DNA of 64,000 nucleotides. Source: Candidatus Marinacidobacterium sp. (GTDB lineage Bacteria; Acidobacteriota; Vicinamibacteria; Marinacidobacterales; Marinacidobacteraceae). Both the position numbers and the translations under genes were made by a program. The stretch spans positions 824,621-888,620 of the forward strand of contig OZ244852.1 in assembly GCA_965220965.1 (NCBI GenBank), read 5' to 3'. The first letter of the stretch is position 1. The number at the start of each line of letters is the position of its first letter. The notes under the pieces are model-generated. The model did not search any database and was not told the origin of the DNA. It saw only the letters and a list, made by a program, of their open reading frames with translations. Positions 49,601-58,481 of this stretch are shown here, in pieces.

Positions 49601-50161
49601 CTCGCCGAACGCAAGGAGCCGGGACGCGAGAGCCGGGAGGGGCAGGAGGGCTCGTCCGGGCAGCAGGGTGAGGCGCAATCCGGAGAGGGCCAATCTGGCG
49701 AGGGGCAGTTCGGGGAAGGACAGGCCGGCGAGGGGCAGCCCGGGGAAGCGGCCTCCCGGCAGGCCGATGGGCGCGGTGGAGGCGGCGGCCCCGGCGGATC
49801 CCGCAACGAAGTCCGCCAGCTCCGGAGCGAACTGGACCGCCGGGTCCGCGACGCCGAGGCGCTCCGGCGCGAGATGACCGGCATCGGCGCCTCCGGGGAG
49901 TTCGGCGCCGAGCGGCTGGATCAGGTCGCCGCCGCGCTCAGGGGACTGAACCCGGAGCGGCTCATCGGCGACCCCCGGGGCATGGAGATCCTCGAGGCCG
50001 AAGTCCTCGACACCCTGCGCGAGCTCGAGTTCGACCTGAGGCGGGCGCTCACCGGCGGCGAGGTCGCCGATGTCCTCACCGGGGACGCCGGCCGCGCCCC
50101 CGAGGCCTACCGCGAGATGGTCGAGGAGTACTTCCGCAACCTGAGCCGCAACCCGGGGTAG
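46616..50161 (+). CDS. DUF4175-like giant membrane protein with a long coiled-coil region and a Gly/Glu-rich pentapeptide repeat
   Basis: N-terminal transmembrane helices, a beta-rich middle, then extensive coiled coil (…LERLAELARRQEQENERLRR…) and a GEGQx×5 repeat near the C-terminus; 1181 aa. Terminal gene of the Bat-like cluster. Confidence 0.6.
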   Translation: METLGLDPTPRSPFEPTPGERYEELIRVIRRVRSRWRTRRLLLGGAALAVAGVVLVGGSSAILEAARYAPWAVRGLAALTWTLLAIAVWRFVARPLRSRVSDRRVALYVEEHDPTLREAVISGVELGKELDHKGGARPGFSPELTRLVVEEAIRRCEEMDAGRNIETGGLRRAAGALATAVGVAFVASILAPSDLWRGVSLLVAPWGDIDDRNPYRVLVEPGDAAIARGSDMWISATLEGFDTERVDLHLQAADGEGWEVLGMTPDPEAGGFRHLLLGVPEATDYFVDADGVRSPTFRIEVEDAPYVARIGVRYEYPAHTGLTPREVEEGGDLVAVGGTRVTLHVESTIPASSGVLRLDPGEEELPLVPVAPDEEAAPAGSRPAMTAELVLRESGAYRISLAGPDGALRTASRDYRIEVLEDLPPIVRFLRPGRDLTSSPVEEVFTEVAAEDDFALDRVEIRLSVNGGEESGFVLASGGARSEVQSGHTIFLEEHDLVPGDLVSYYALARDGAGAESSTDMYFVAVRPFDRTYRQADAMPGGGGGAGGGEGLDGTLTLRQRQIVVATFKVLRDRERMTDAAVSETVATLGLAQGRLREQVGTLNRRLQNRGIGLSPEFGEIVQHLDAGLIEMTAAEESLVGGDPEAALPREQKALTHLQRADAVFRDVQVAFNQGGGGGGGGGAPPQAEDLADLFELEMDKLRNQYETVEQSQRASSDNEVDEILERLAELARRQEQENERLRRGMQAPPGAGGGNGQDQLAAETEDMARRLERLARERSRPDLAAVSRRLREAASEMRAANSRNPGEGLESGMSAASSLRGARRDLDRGRRDRLARDVESAEEEAKRLRSAQDRIRSAVQDLEGERTRQAVDAISEQKEELVERVQDLERRLDEVSRDWSGDEPEAARAVGAAADGIRDRKLKEKIHYSRGVAAQRSTDYADQFEEMIGRDLEALEEDLASARRAVEGSDRAEQDSVLERAESLVRGLEAMRNRLAERKEPGRESREGQEGSSGQQGEAQSGEGQSGEGQFGEGQAGEGQPGEAASRQADGRGGGGGPGGSRNEVRQLRSELDRRVRDAEALRREMTGIGASGEFGAERLDQVAAALRGLNPERLIGDPRGMEILEAEVLDTLRELEFDLRRALTGGEVADVLTGDAGRAPEAYREMVEEYFRNLSRNPG

Positions 50162-50440
50162 CCGGCCTGCCCGCGGTTACAGTGCGAGTGCGGAACAAGA
50201 CGGCGACATCGAGCGGCGAGGCGGCGGGAGTCCCACAGAGCCTCCCTTGGTGACGGGTTGGAGGGCGGAGCGCGACGCCATCCAGTCGAACCAGGCTCAG
50301 CTTGCGGTGACTCGGCTCCGTTGTGAGCGACCATCGGACCTCCAGACACTGCGACGGCGTTCCTTTTGTGGTCGTGGGATGCGGGCCGCCTTGGGACACG
50401 ATCTTGACCTCGATGAGTCAGACGAAATGAACTCTCAGCC

Positions 50441-52132
50441 GTGATTCGCGGAGTGTGGAGCGACTTCGGTCGGTGGAAGGATGGTTGGGATGAAATCCAG
50501 ACAGTGGGCGGCGGTGGACAGGGGAACGGTTACCGTGCGCGTCGCCAGTCAGATGGCCGGGAGGCCTTCGTCAAGGTGATCAAGTCCAAGCGCGACGCCG
50601 AGCGTCGGAGACGCTTCTTTCGCGAGGCGACAGCCTATGACACGGTTCGCAGCAGTGGCGTTCCGCGACTGATCGAGAGCAACGCCCATCTCCACGAAGC
50701 CGCAGAGATCGAGCCGTATATCGCGACAGAGTTCATCGAGGGGCCAACGTTGAGAATCTGGCGGGACGGACGGCATGAGGTTGAACTCGCCACCGCCCTA
50801 AGATTGGTCCGGTCTCTCCTCGCGGCGATCGGCGACTGTCACCACGGCGGTGTCGTTCACCGCGACATCAAGCCAGACAACATCATCCTGAGAGGTGGGA
50901 ATCCGTCCCAGCCTGTGCTTCTGGATTTTGGCCTGAGCTTCAAGGTGACGCAGACCAGTGAGGCCGTGACCGAAGACGGGCAGGAAATCGGCAATCGTTT
51001 TCTGCGCTTGCATGAGCTCTCCGCCGGTAGTCAACTTAAGCAGGATCCCCGGTCGGACTTGTCGTTTGCTGGTGGAATCCTGTTCTACTCCCTGACGGGC
51101 AGGAATCCCGACATCCCAGAGGATGCGGAGGGTCGTCTCCCTCACCAACGGAGGGATGTGCGTTCGCAGCTTCGACACATCGCCGGTGAGCGGTTGGAGC
51201 GGTTGCTGTCCATATTCGACAGCGCCTTCGCACCAAGAATCCACGACCGGTTCGTGAACGTCGAGGCAATGGTTGCAAGTCTGGAGAACCTCACGGAATC
51301 GCGGCGTGTTGTGGTGGGCACGTTGGATCATGATCGAGACGCCATCCGTGAGGCGTTGAACACTGCGTCGGCACAGCGGTCATCAGAGAGTCTTGACAGA
51401 CTCACGCACGCTCTCGAAGAGCTGCATCGAGTTGACGATGAAGCAGCGACGTGGTTGGACTGTCCTCTAACTCTGACACGAGGCGGACGGCACGTAGATG
51501 CCGACTTGGGAAGAAACACTGTGTCCTGGCGTAAGCGAGGAATGACCGACGATGTGTTACGAGTACAGCAGGAGGTCCGGGAGGTAGGCGGTGAACTCGT
51601 CATCAAGCTGTCGGGCGAAGCGGTCTGGCGGACGGCGGTGAACGCACCGACGTATGGAGAGTGCTTTGCCGAGAGAATTCGGAGATGGCTGGTCGGGAGA
51701 CTCCGCGAGGCTATCGCGAATCCGGAGGCGCTGCCGCCCGAGGCCAGCTATTTCCAGGAAGAGCCGCCGCTCGGGTCGCTAACGGAAGCGCAGGAGCGAG
51801 CGCGCCGAGAGGACCGCCACGTTCTGGCGTTCGTGTATGACCCGGCGCAGAAGGAGCGCGGCGAACGCGGCAAATTGGAGTGGTGTCTGAGCAACTTCCT
51901 TGAGAACCGCAGGACGCGCGAAACGCTCCGCGCAGCGTTTGTTCTAGCGCTCGTGCCACTGTCTCAAGTAAGTGCGGTCACAGACGAGCTCAGTGGCGAG
52001 TCGATGGAGACTTCACGCTGGGTCGTCTTTGATGCGGACCTCGCACCCAAGCGGCACGAAGTCATCTATGCGAACCCGCAGATGGCGGAGAGTCTCGCCG
52101 GTGAGCTGTCCGACGAGTTCGGTCGCCGATAG
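50441..52132 (+). CDS. Hanks-type Ser/Thr protein kinase with an uncharacterised roughly 270-aa C-terminal domain, encoded in a low-GC island
   Basis: Gly-rich loop VGGGGQGNGY; Lys region FVKVIK; catalytic loop VVHRDIKPDNIIL; DFGLS. GTG start. Local GC is about 58–60% against about 72% in the flanks. Confidence 0.7.
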   Translation: MIRGVWSDFGRWKDGWDEIQTVGGGGQGNGYRARRQSDGREAFVKVIKSKRDAERRRRFFREATAYDTVRSSGVPRLIESNAHLHEAAEIEPYIATEFIEGPTLRIWRDGRHEVELATALRLVRSLLAAIGDCHHGGVVHRDIKPDNIILRGGNPSQPVLLDFGLSFKVTQTSEAVTEDGQEIGNRFLRLHELSAGSQLKQDPRSDLSFAGGILFYSLTGRNPDIPEDAEGRLPHQRRDVRSQLRHIAGERLERLLSIFDSAFAPRIHDRFVNVEAMVASLENLTESRRVVVGTLDHDRDAIREALNTASAQRSSESLDRLTHALEELHRVDDEAATWLDCPLTLTRGGRHVDADLGRNTVSWRKRGMTDDVLRVQQEVREVGGELVIKLSGEAVWRTAVNAPTYGECFAERIRRWLVGRLREAIANPEALPPEASYFQEEPPLGSLTEAQERARREDRHVLAFVYDPAQKERGERGKLEWCLSNFLENRRTRETLRAAFVLALVPLSQVSAVTDELSGESMETSRWVVFDADLAPKRHEVIYANPQMAESLAGELSDEFGRR

Positions 52133-52349
52133 GTCGGTACCAACGGGCCTGGTCCGGCGTCTGCTCGCGATGCCGTCCGCTGCTGTTGGGGTACAGGCCT
52201 CGCTCGAACGATCCCCGACGCCGGGCGGCCCGTGCGATGCGGGGGCTCCATCTCCGTCCGACGCGCAGGCGCAAAGCGCCGCGGATGAGGCACCCGGTCA
52301 CGGGATGTCCCAGACTCGCCTCGGCGGGCTGGCGGCGTCCCGGCCCCCG

Positions 52350-52841
52350 TCAGGACGACGTGTGGTCGTGGGCGATCCGGAGGCCCTCGGGGGTCTTCTC
52401 GAAGAGGAGCGTGAAGAGGCCGGTCGGGGCGTCGGCCTCGCGCTCCAGGTTGTAGCGCCCGAACACGAACACGAACTCCGGCGACAGCACCCGGATGTCG
52501 AGGTCGGAGAAGTGGAGCTGGCCCATGGCGGCCCGGTCGGGGTAGTTGGTCTGGTAGCGCTCGAGCAGATCCGCGGTTCCCATCCGCACCGTGTTGCCCG
52601 AGACGAACCGCATCCGGGGTGAGTCGAGGTAGTCGCTGACGAAGGTCGGCAGGTCCCCCTCGTTCCAGGCCCGGGTCTGGCGTTCGAGCACCTCGCGGAC
52701 TTCGGCGGCGAGGGCGTCGCGCTCCTCGGTCGTGAGCGCGACCCGGGTCGGGGCGGCGGAGGTGGTCTCCGGCGGGGCCGCGCCCGGCCCGGCGCAGGCC
52801 AGCGAGAGCAGCAGGAGCGAGGCGGGAAGAACGTGTCGCAT
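52350..52841 (-). CDS. SnoaL-like/NTF2-fold (DUF4440-type) lipoprotein
   Basis: Lipobox LLSLAC. The region …RDALAAEVREVLERQTRAWNEGDLPTFVSDYL…RMRFVSG… is typical of SnoaL-like domains. Confidence 0.55.
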   Translation of the reverse strand: MRHVLPASLLLLSLACAGPGAAPPETTSAAPTRVALTTEERDALAAEVREVLERQTRAWNEGDLPTFVSDYLDSPRMRFVSGNTVRMGTADLLERYQTNYPDRAAMGQLHFSDLDIRVLSPEFVFVFGRYNLEREADAPTGLFTLLFEKTPEGLRIAHDHTSS

Positions 52842-52901
52842 CTGGAGAGACTACAGAACCCCCGCGCTACGATTCGTTCCCGGTTCGGGGAGGAGTTTGC
52901 G

Positions 52902-53999
52902 ATGGCGCTTTATGGAAATTCGGGAGGCAACGGGCCGTGGGATCGGTCCGGCGGCTCCCGCCCGGAGGTCCCGGGGCTCCAGGATCTGGAGGCCCTGATC
53001 TCCCGGTTCGGCGGGATGCGCCGGGCGATCGGATGGGGGGCCGGCGGACTCGCCGCGCTCATCCTGTTCTTCGCCTCGGTCTACCAGATCCAGCCCGACG
53101 AGGCCGGGGTCGTCACCCGGTTCGGCCGCTACGTCCGGGTGAGCGATCCGGGGCTCCACTTCATCGTCCCCTTCGTGGAGAACGTCACGAAGGTCCCGGT
53201 GGAGCGGCAGCTCAAGGAGGAGTTCGGCTTCCGCACCGCGGAGGCGGGCGTCCGCACGGTCTACGACCAGCGGAACTTCCTCGAGGAGTCGCTCATGCTG
53301 ACCGGCGACCTGAACGTCGCCGTCGTCGAGTGGATCGTCCAGTTCAAGGTGCAGGACCCCCGGGCCTACCTCTTCAACGTCCGGGACATCCAGTCCACCT
53401 TCCGCGACATGAGCGAGGCGGCGATGCGGGACGTCGTCGGCGACCACAGCGTGGATGAGGTCCTCACCGTCGGACGCGAGCGGATCGCGGCCCAGGCGAA
53501 GGACCTGCTCCAGGACATGAACGACCGCTACGAGACCGGGATCAGCGTCCAGCAGCTCGTGCTTCAGGACGTGAACCCGCCCGACCTCGTGAAGCCTTCC
53601 TTCAACGAAGTGAACGAGGCGATCCAGGAGAAGGAGCGGCTCACCAACGAGGCCCTCGCCGAATACAACCAGGCGATCCCGAGAGCCCGGGGTGACGCCC
53701 AGCGCGTCATCCAGGAGGCCGAGGGATACGCCGCCGAGCGGGTGAACCGCGCCCAGGGCGAGGCCACCCGGTTCGAGGCGATCTACGCCGAGTACCGGAA
53801 CGCGCCGAGGGTGACCCGGTCGCGGATGTACCTCGAGACGCTCTCCGAGGTCATGCCGAAGCTTGGCCAGAAGGTCATCCTCGACGAGAGCGGCGCGAAC
53901 GTGCTCCCGCTCCTGAACCTGACGAACGGACAGTCGCCGGCCCGGCCCAGCGGCTCGTCCGGCGGACCGGGGAACGACCCCGGGGAGGACCGGCGATGA
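52902..53999 (+). CDS. hflK: HflK (SPFH/band-7 protease modulator)
   Basis: N-terminus MALYGNSGGNGPWDRSGG…; transmembrane helix; SPFH domain (…VYQIQPDEAGVVTRFGRY…). Paired with hflC. Confidence 0.85.
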   Translation: MALYGNSGGNGPWDRSGGSRPEVPGLQDLEALISRFGGMRRAIGWGAGGLAALILFFASVYQIQPDEAGVVTRFGRYVRVSDPGLHFIVPFVENVTKVPVERQLKEEFGFRTAEAGVRTVYDQRNFLEESLMLTGDLNVAVVEWIVQFKVQDPRAYLFNVRDIQSTFRDMSEAAMRDVVGDHSVDEVLTVGRERIAAQAKDLLQDMNDRYETGISVQQLVLQDVNPPDLVKPSFNEVNEAIQEKERLTNEALAEYNQAIPRARGDAQRVIQEAEGYAAERVNRAQGEATRFEAIYAEYRNAPRVTRSRMYLETLSEVMPKLGQKVILDESGANVLPLLNLTNGQSPARPSGSSGGPGNDPGEDRR

Positions 54000-54934
54000 A
54001 GACGCGCGGCATCACCCTCGCGGGATCGGTCCTCGGACTGGTCCTCCTCTTCGCATCCACCTACACGATCCGGGAGACCGAGCAGGCGATCATCACCCAG
54101 TTCGGCGAGCCGGTCGGCGGAGCGGTGACCGACCCCGGTCTCCACTTCAAGCTCCCCTTCATCCACACGGTGACCCGCTTCGACCAGCGCTGGCTGCCGT
54201 GGGACGGGGACGCGAACCAGATCACCACCCGCGACAAGAAGTTCATCTGGGTGGACACCTACGCCCGCTGGCGGATCTCGGACCCGCTGCTCTTCTTCCA
54301 GTCGGTGCGCGACGAACGCGGCGCGCAGAGCCGTCTCGACGACATCATCGACGGGGAGACCCGGAACGCGGTCGCGACCTACGACCTGATCGAGATCGTC
54401 CGGATCACGAACCGGGACTTCGAGATCACCGAGGACCTGGTCTCGTTCGCGAGCGAGGGCGAGGAGCCGGTGGGCGAGATTGAGTTCGGCAGGAACGCCA
54501 TCACCCGCAGCATCCTCGAGAAGGCGTCCGAGGTGACGCCCAGCTTCGGGATCGAGCTGGTGGATGTGCGGATCAAGCGCGTGAACTACGTCGAGGAGGT
54601 CCGCGCCAAGGTCTACGAGCGGATGATCTCCGAGCGCCAGCGGATCGCCGAGCGGAGCCGTTCCGAAGGGCAGGGAAGGGCCGCCGAGATCCGGGGCCAG
54701 CGCGAGCGCGAGCTCAAGTCGATCGAGTCGGAGGCGTTCCGGCAGGCCGAGGAGGTCCGCGGCCGCGCCGACGCCGAGGCCTCCGCGATCTACGCCAGCG
54801 CCTACCAGCGGGACGCCGACTTCTACCGCTTCATGAAGTCGCTCGAGACCTACCGGTCGGCGCTCGATGAGGGCGTGACGCTCGTCATCGGCAGCGACAG
54901 CGAGTTCCTCGACTTCCTCCGGCGTTCCCGCTAA
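53996..54934 (+). CDS. hflC: HflC (SPFH/band-7 protease modulator)
   Basis: ATG overlapping the hflK stop; N-terminal transmembrane helix; …TYTIRETEQAIITQFGEPV… SPFH core. Confidence 0.85.
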   Translation: MKTRGITLAGSVLGLVLLFASTYTIRETEQAIITQFGEPVGGAVTDPGLHFKLPFIHTVTRFDQRWLPWDGDANQITTRDKKFIWVDTYARWRISDPLLFFQSVRDERGAQSRLDDIIDGETRNAVATYDLIEIVRITNRDFEITEDLVSFASEGEEPVGEIEFGRNAITRSILEKASEVTPSFGIELVDVRIKRVNYVEEVRAKVYERMISERQRIAERSRSEGQGRAAEIRGQRERELKSIESEAFRQAEEVRGRADAEASAIYASAYQRDADFYRFMKSLETYRSALDEGVTLVIGSDSEFLDFLRRSR

Positions 54935-54947
54935 GCGGGCCGGGGCG

Positions 54948-55787
54948 GTGAGCCGGGACGATCGGATCGTCCTGCTCACCGCTCCGGACGACCCGGAGTT
55001 CGAAGCCTGGGCCGAGGGGCTGCTCGGCCCCGCCGACCGCGCCCGCGCCGCAAGGCGGCGGCATCCGGTGGGGCGTCGCCGGACGGTGATCTCGAGGGGT
55101 CTTCTGCGCGTGCTGGCGGGGGAGCTTCTGGGGGTCGAACCTTCCGACGTCTGGACCGGGACGAGCCCGGGCGGGGCGCCCCAGGCGGGGGAGGCGGAGC
55201 CCGAAGGAGGGAGGCCCCCACGGCGCCTCGGCATCAGCATCGCCCACACCGTCTCCACCGTTGTGGTGGCGGCGAGCTTCTCGGAGCGCCGCCTGGGAGT
55301 GGATGTCGAGCTCCTCGACCGGCGCACCCGCCCCGAGGCGCTCGCCCGCCGCTACTACGCCCCGGGAGAGGCGGAAGAGCTCGAAGCGCTTCCCGCGCCG
55401 CGTCGTCCGGCGGCGTTCCTCCGCGCCTGGACGCTCAAGGAGGCGTGGGGGAAGGCGGCCGGCGTCGGGGTCCCGCGCGCCCTACCGCTCGTGGGGTTCT
55501 CGATGGGCGAGCTCGCCGGTTCGCGGGCGCTCACCGCGCGGAGGCTCCACTTCGTCGACCCGGCGGCGGCTTCGCGCGCGGGCGACGGGTGGCGGTTCTG
55601 GACGGTCGCGGCGGGGACCGCCTCCTTCGGCGTGGTGGCCGGTGAGATCTCCCGGGAGCCCACCGATGGGGAGCGGCCGTTGCCCCTTTTCGCCGGTTCC
55701 GCCATGATTGAACGGTTCGACAGCGGCTGGCCGGACCCCTCCGGCGCGCCGGTCGAAGTCTTCCGGATGGTTTCGCCTCCCCCCTGA
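54948..55787 (+). CDS. 4'-phosphopantetheinyl transferase (Sfp/EntD family)
   Basis: GVDVE metal-binding motif and WTLKEAWGKAAG (W/FxxKEAxxK motif). GTG start. Confidence 0.7.
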   Translation: MSRDDRIVLLTAPDDPEFEAWAEGLLGPADRARAARRRHPVGRRRTVISRGLLRVLAGELLGVEPSDVWTGTSPGGAPQAGEAEPEGGRPPRRLGISIAHTVSTVVVAASFSERRLGVDVELLDRRTRPEALARRYYAPGEAEELEALPAPRRPAAFLRAWTLKEAWGKAAGVGVPRALPLVGFSMGELAGSRALTARRLHFVDPAAASRAGDGWRFWTVAAGTASFGVVAGEISREPTDGERPLPLFAGSAMIERFDSGWPDPSGAPVEVFRMVSPPP

Positions 55788-55816
55788 ACTCCCGCTACCG
55801 GGAAAGGACCCACTTC

Positions 55817-58408
55817 ATGTCGCAGCTTCGCCGTTTCCGGTTCCGGGTCGCGCTCCTCGCCGTCGCTTCTCTGCTGGTCGCCGGGTTGGCCGGCGCGCAG
55901 GACGCGCCGCCGGCCATCCCGTCGATCGCGGACAAGACCTCCGGCATGACAGCGATCGACGGCTTCGTCCCGCTCCACTGGGACGAACGCACCGGGAAGA
56001 TCTACGCCGAGCTGGGTCCGATGGAGGAGGAGTTCCTCTACCAGGTCTCGGCCGGTTCGGGCCTCGGCAGCAACCCGGTCGGTCTGGACCGCGGCCAGTT
56101 GAGCATGACGGCGGTGCTCCGTCCGATGCGGATCGGGCCGCGGGTGCTCCTCATGGAGCCCAACTACCGGTTCCGCGCGATCAGCGACAACCCCGACGAG
56201 GTCCGCGCCGTCCGCGATGCGTTCGCGCCCTCGGTGCACTGGGGATTCCAGGTGGAGGCCGAGACCGGAGACCGGGTCCTGGTGGACATGACCGACTTCT
56301 TCCTGCGCGACACCCACGGCGCCATCGCCCGGCTGGCCCGCGCCCGGCAGGGGACCTACCGGCTCGACCGCGACCGCAGCGCCTTCTACCTGGAGAACAC
56401 CAAGGGCTTCCCCGACAACACCGAGGTCGAGACCCTGCTCACGTTCACTTCGGACAATCCGGGACCGCTCGTCCAGGCGACGGCCGCCAGCGGGGAAGCG
56501 GTGACGCTGCGCCAGCACCACTCGCTCGTCCGCCTTCCCGGCCCCGGCTTCGAAATGCGCATCGCCGACCCGAGGATCGGCGTGAACGGCCCGCAGTACA
56601 TGGACTACGCGACCGCGATCGACGAGCCGATGACCGTCCGGCTCACCGCCCGGCACCGCCTCGAGAAGCGCGATCCCTCGGCGGAGCGTTCCGAGGTGGT
56701 CGAGCCGATCGTCTACTACCTCGACCGGGGCGCTCCCGAGCCGATCCGGAGCGCGCTCCTCGAGGGGGCCCGCTGGTGGAACGAGGCGTTCGAGGCGGCC
56801 GGCTTCATCGACGGCTACCGGGTCGAGGTCCTTCCGGAAGGCGCCGACGCCCAGGACGTCCGCTACAACATGATCCACTGGACGCACCGGCGAACTCGCG
56901 GCTGGTCCTATGGCGGTTCGGTCCAGGACCCGCGCACCGGGGAGATCATCAAGGGGAACGTGAACCTCGGGAGCCTGCGGCTGCGGCAGGACCACCTCCT
57001 CGGGGTCGGCATGGTCGCGCCGTATGTCGGGGGCTCGGGCGCCGCGCCGGCCGGCCACGACCACGGGATGCACGGCCTTCCGCCGGACCCCGGCGGCCCG
57101 CACTCCTGCGGCCTCTCCGCGACGCCGGGATTCGGGTATCTGGCGCAGATCAGCCCGGACGCCGACCCGGTGGAGCTGGCGCTGGCCCGCGTGCGGCAGC
57201 TCTCCGCCCATGAGGTGGGCCACACGCTGGGATTCCCGCACAACTACATGTCGTCCACCTACGACGGCCGCGCCAGTGTCATGGACTATCCGGCGCCGCT
57301 GGCGACGCTGGAAGACGACGGGACGGTCTCGCTGAGCGACGCCTACGGCGTCGGCGTGGGCTCCTACGACATCCTCTCGGTCCGCTGGGCCTACGCCCAC
57401 GTCCCGCCCGCCGAGACTGCGGCCACGCTCGACCGGATCATGCAGGAAGGGCTCATGGCGGAGACCCGGTTCATGGCCCACACCGACAACTACATCGGGG
57501 CGGGCGCGCACCCGCTGGCCTCCGTCTGGGACAACGGCGGCGATCTGGTCCGCCACCTCGGCCGCGAGATCGACATCCGGCAGGCGGGTCTGGACGCCTT
57601 CGGCGAGCGCGTGATCCGGGTGGGCGAACCGATGTCACGGCTCGAGCCGGTTCTGATGCCGCTCTATCTCCACCACCGCTTCCAGATGAAGGCGGCGATG
57701 AACACCATCGGCGGGCAGGAGTACTACTACGCGGTCCGGGGCGACGGGCAACGCCCGGTGAACGCCGTCCCCGGCGACCGCCAGCGCGAAGCCCTTGACA
57801 CCGTCCTGAGGACGCTCGACACGAGCTTCCTGGCCCTTCCGAGGCGCATCGTCGAGATGATCCCCCCGCCTGCCTACCGGGAGCGGGGAACGGAGACCTT
57901 CGACGGGCACACCGGCGTCGTCTTCGACCCGCTGGCGGCGGCGGACACTTCCGCCGACTACACCGTCGAGCTGCTGCTCCACCCCGAGCGGATGGCGCGG
58001 CTGGTGAACAACCACGCGCTCGACCCGGACCAGCCCGGACTGAGCGAGGTCCTCGACCGGCTCACAGAGGCCACCTGGGGAGAGGACGAGCCGGATGACA
58101 CCTACCACCGCGCCGTCCAGGACGCCGCCGAGCGCAGCGTGCTGAACGGGATGATGCGGGAAGCGCTGAACCCGGACAACCCGGCGCGCGTTCGCGCCGT
58201 CATCGAGGACCGGCTCGTCGCCCTCGGAGAGAGCCTGGGCGAGATGGACGACCGCAGCCCGCACGAGGAGCTGGCGTGGATGGACATCGACCGCTTCCTC
58301 GACCGGGACGACAGTCTCGACCCCAACGCCCGCCGTCCGGCCCTCCCGCCGGGCTCCCCCATCGGCGGCGCCTCGGCGTCAGGGGAGCGCATCCACCCGG
58401 GCCACTGA
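55817..58408 (+). CDS. Secreted zinc-dependent metalloprotease (DUF5117/DUF5118-type, metzincin motif)
   Basis: Signal peptide. HEVGHTLGFPHNYMSS gives HExxHxxGxxH plus a Met-turn-like segment. 863 aa. Confidence 0.7.
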   Translation: MSQLRRFRFRVALLAVASLLVAGLAGAQDAPPAIPSIADKTSGMTAIDGFVPLHWDERTGKIYAELGPMEEEFLYQVSAGSGLGSNPVGLDRGQLSMTAVLRPMRIGPRVLLMEPNYRFRAISDNPDEVRAVRDAFAPSVHWGFQVEAETGDRVLVDMTDFFLRDTHGAIARLARARQGTYRLDRDRSAFYLENTKGFPDNTEVETLLTFTSDNPGPLVQATAASGEAVTLRQHHSLVRLPGPGFEMRIADPRIGVNGPQYMDYATAIDEPMTVRLTARHRLEKRDPSAERSEVVEPIVYYLDRGAPEPIRSALLEGARWWNEAFEAAGFIDGYRVEVLPEGADAQDVRYNMIHWTHRRTRGWSYGGSVQDPRTGEIIKGNVNLGSLRLRQDHLLGVGMVAPYVGGSGAAPAGHDHGMHGLPPDPGGPHSCGLSATPGFGYLAQISPDADPVELALARVRQLSAHEVGHTLGFPHNYMSSTYDGRASVMDYPAPLATLEDDGTVSLSDAYGVGVGSYDILSVRWAYAHVPPAETAATLDRIMQEGLMAETRFMAHTDNYIGAGAHPLASVWDNGGDLVRHLGREIDIRQAGLDAFGERVIRVGEPMSRLEPVLMPLYLHHRFQMKAAMNTIGGQEYYYAVRGDGQRPVNAVPGDRQREALDTVLRTLDTSFLALPRRIVEMIPPPAYRERGTETFDGHTGVVFDPLAAADTSADYTVELLLHPERMARLVNNHALDPDQPGLSEVLDRLTEATWGEDEPDDTYHRAVQDAAERSVLNGMMREALNPDNPARVRAVIEDRLVALGESLGEMDDRSPHEELAWMDIDRFLDRDDSLDPNARRPALPPGSPIGGASASGERIHPGH

Positions 58409-58416
58409 GCGGCTCA

Positions 58417-58450
58417 CGGGACCTCCCGGAGCCAAGACTCCGGGAGTTCC
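58417..58450. terminator. Hairpin between convergent genes (metalloprotease and helicase)
   Basis: ggacctcccggag–ccaaga–ctccgggagttcc forms a 13-bp stem with one mismatch. A second small palindrome ctatccgcgggatag lies at about 58483. Confidence 0.45.
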
Positions 58451-58481
58451 GCTCCGCGGTCAGAGGTTCAGGTCCGCCCAC

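Noticed and set aside
44465-49693. 1742-aa ORF antisense to the BatA-like and DUF4175-like genes
   Set aside because: Arg/Pro/Gly-rich low-complexity translation typical of antisense frames in roughly 72% GC DNA. It has no motifs, and the sense-strand genes carry clear family signatures.
50247-50444. 65-aa ORF in the low-GC spacer upstream of the kinase
   Set aside because: No ribosome-binding or motif support. More likely promoter or leader sequence of the kinase gene.
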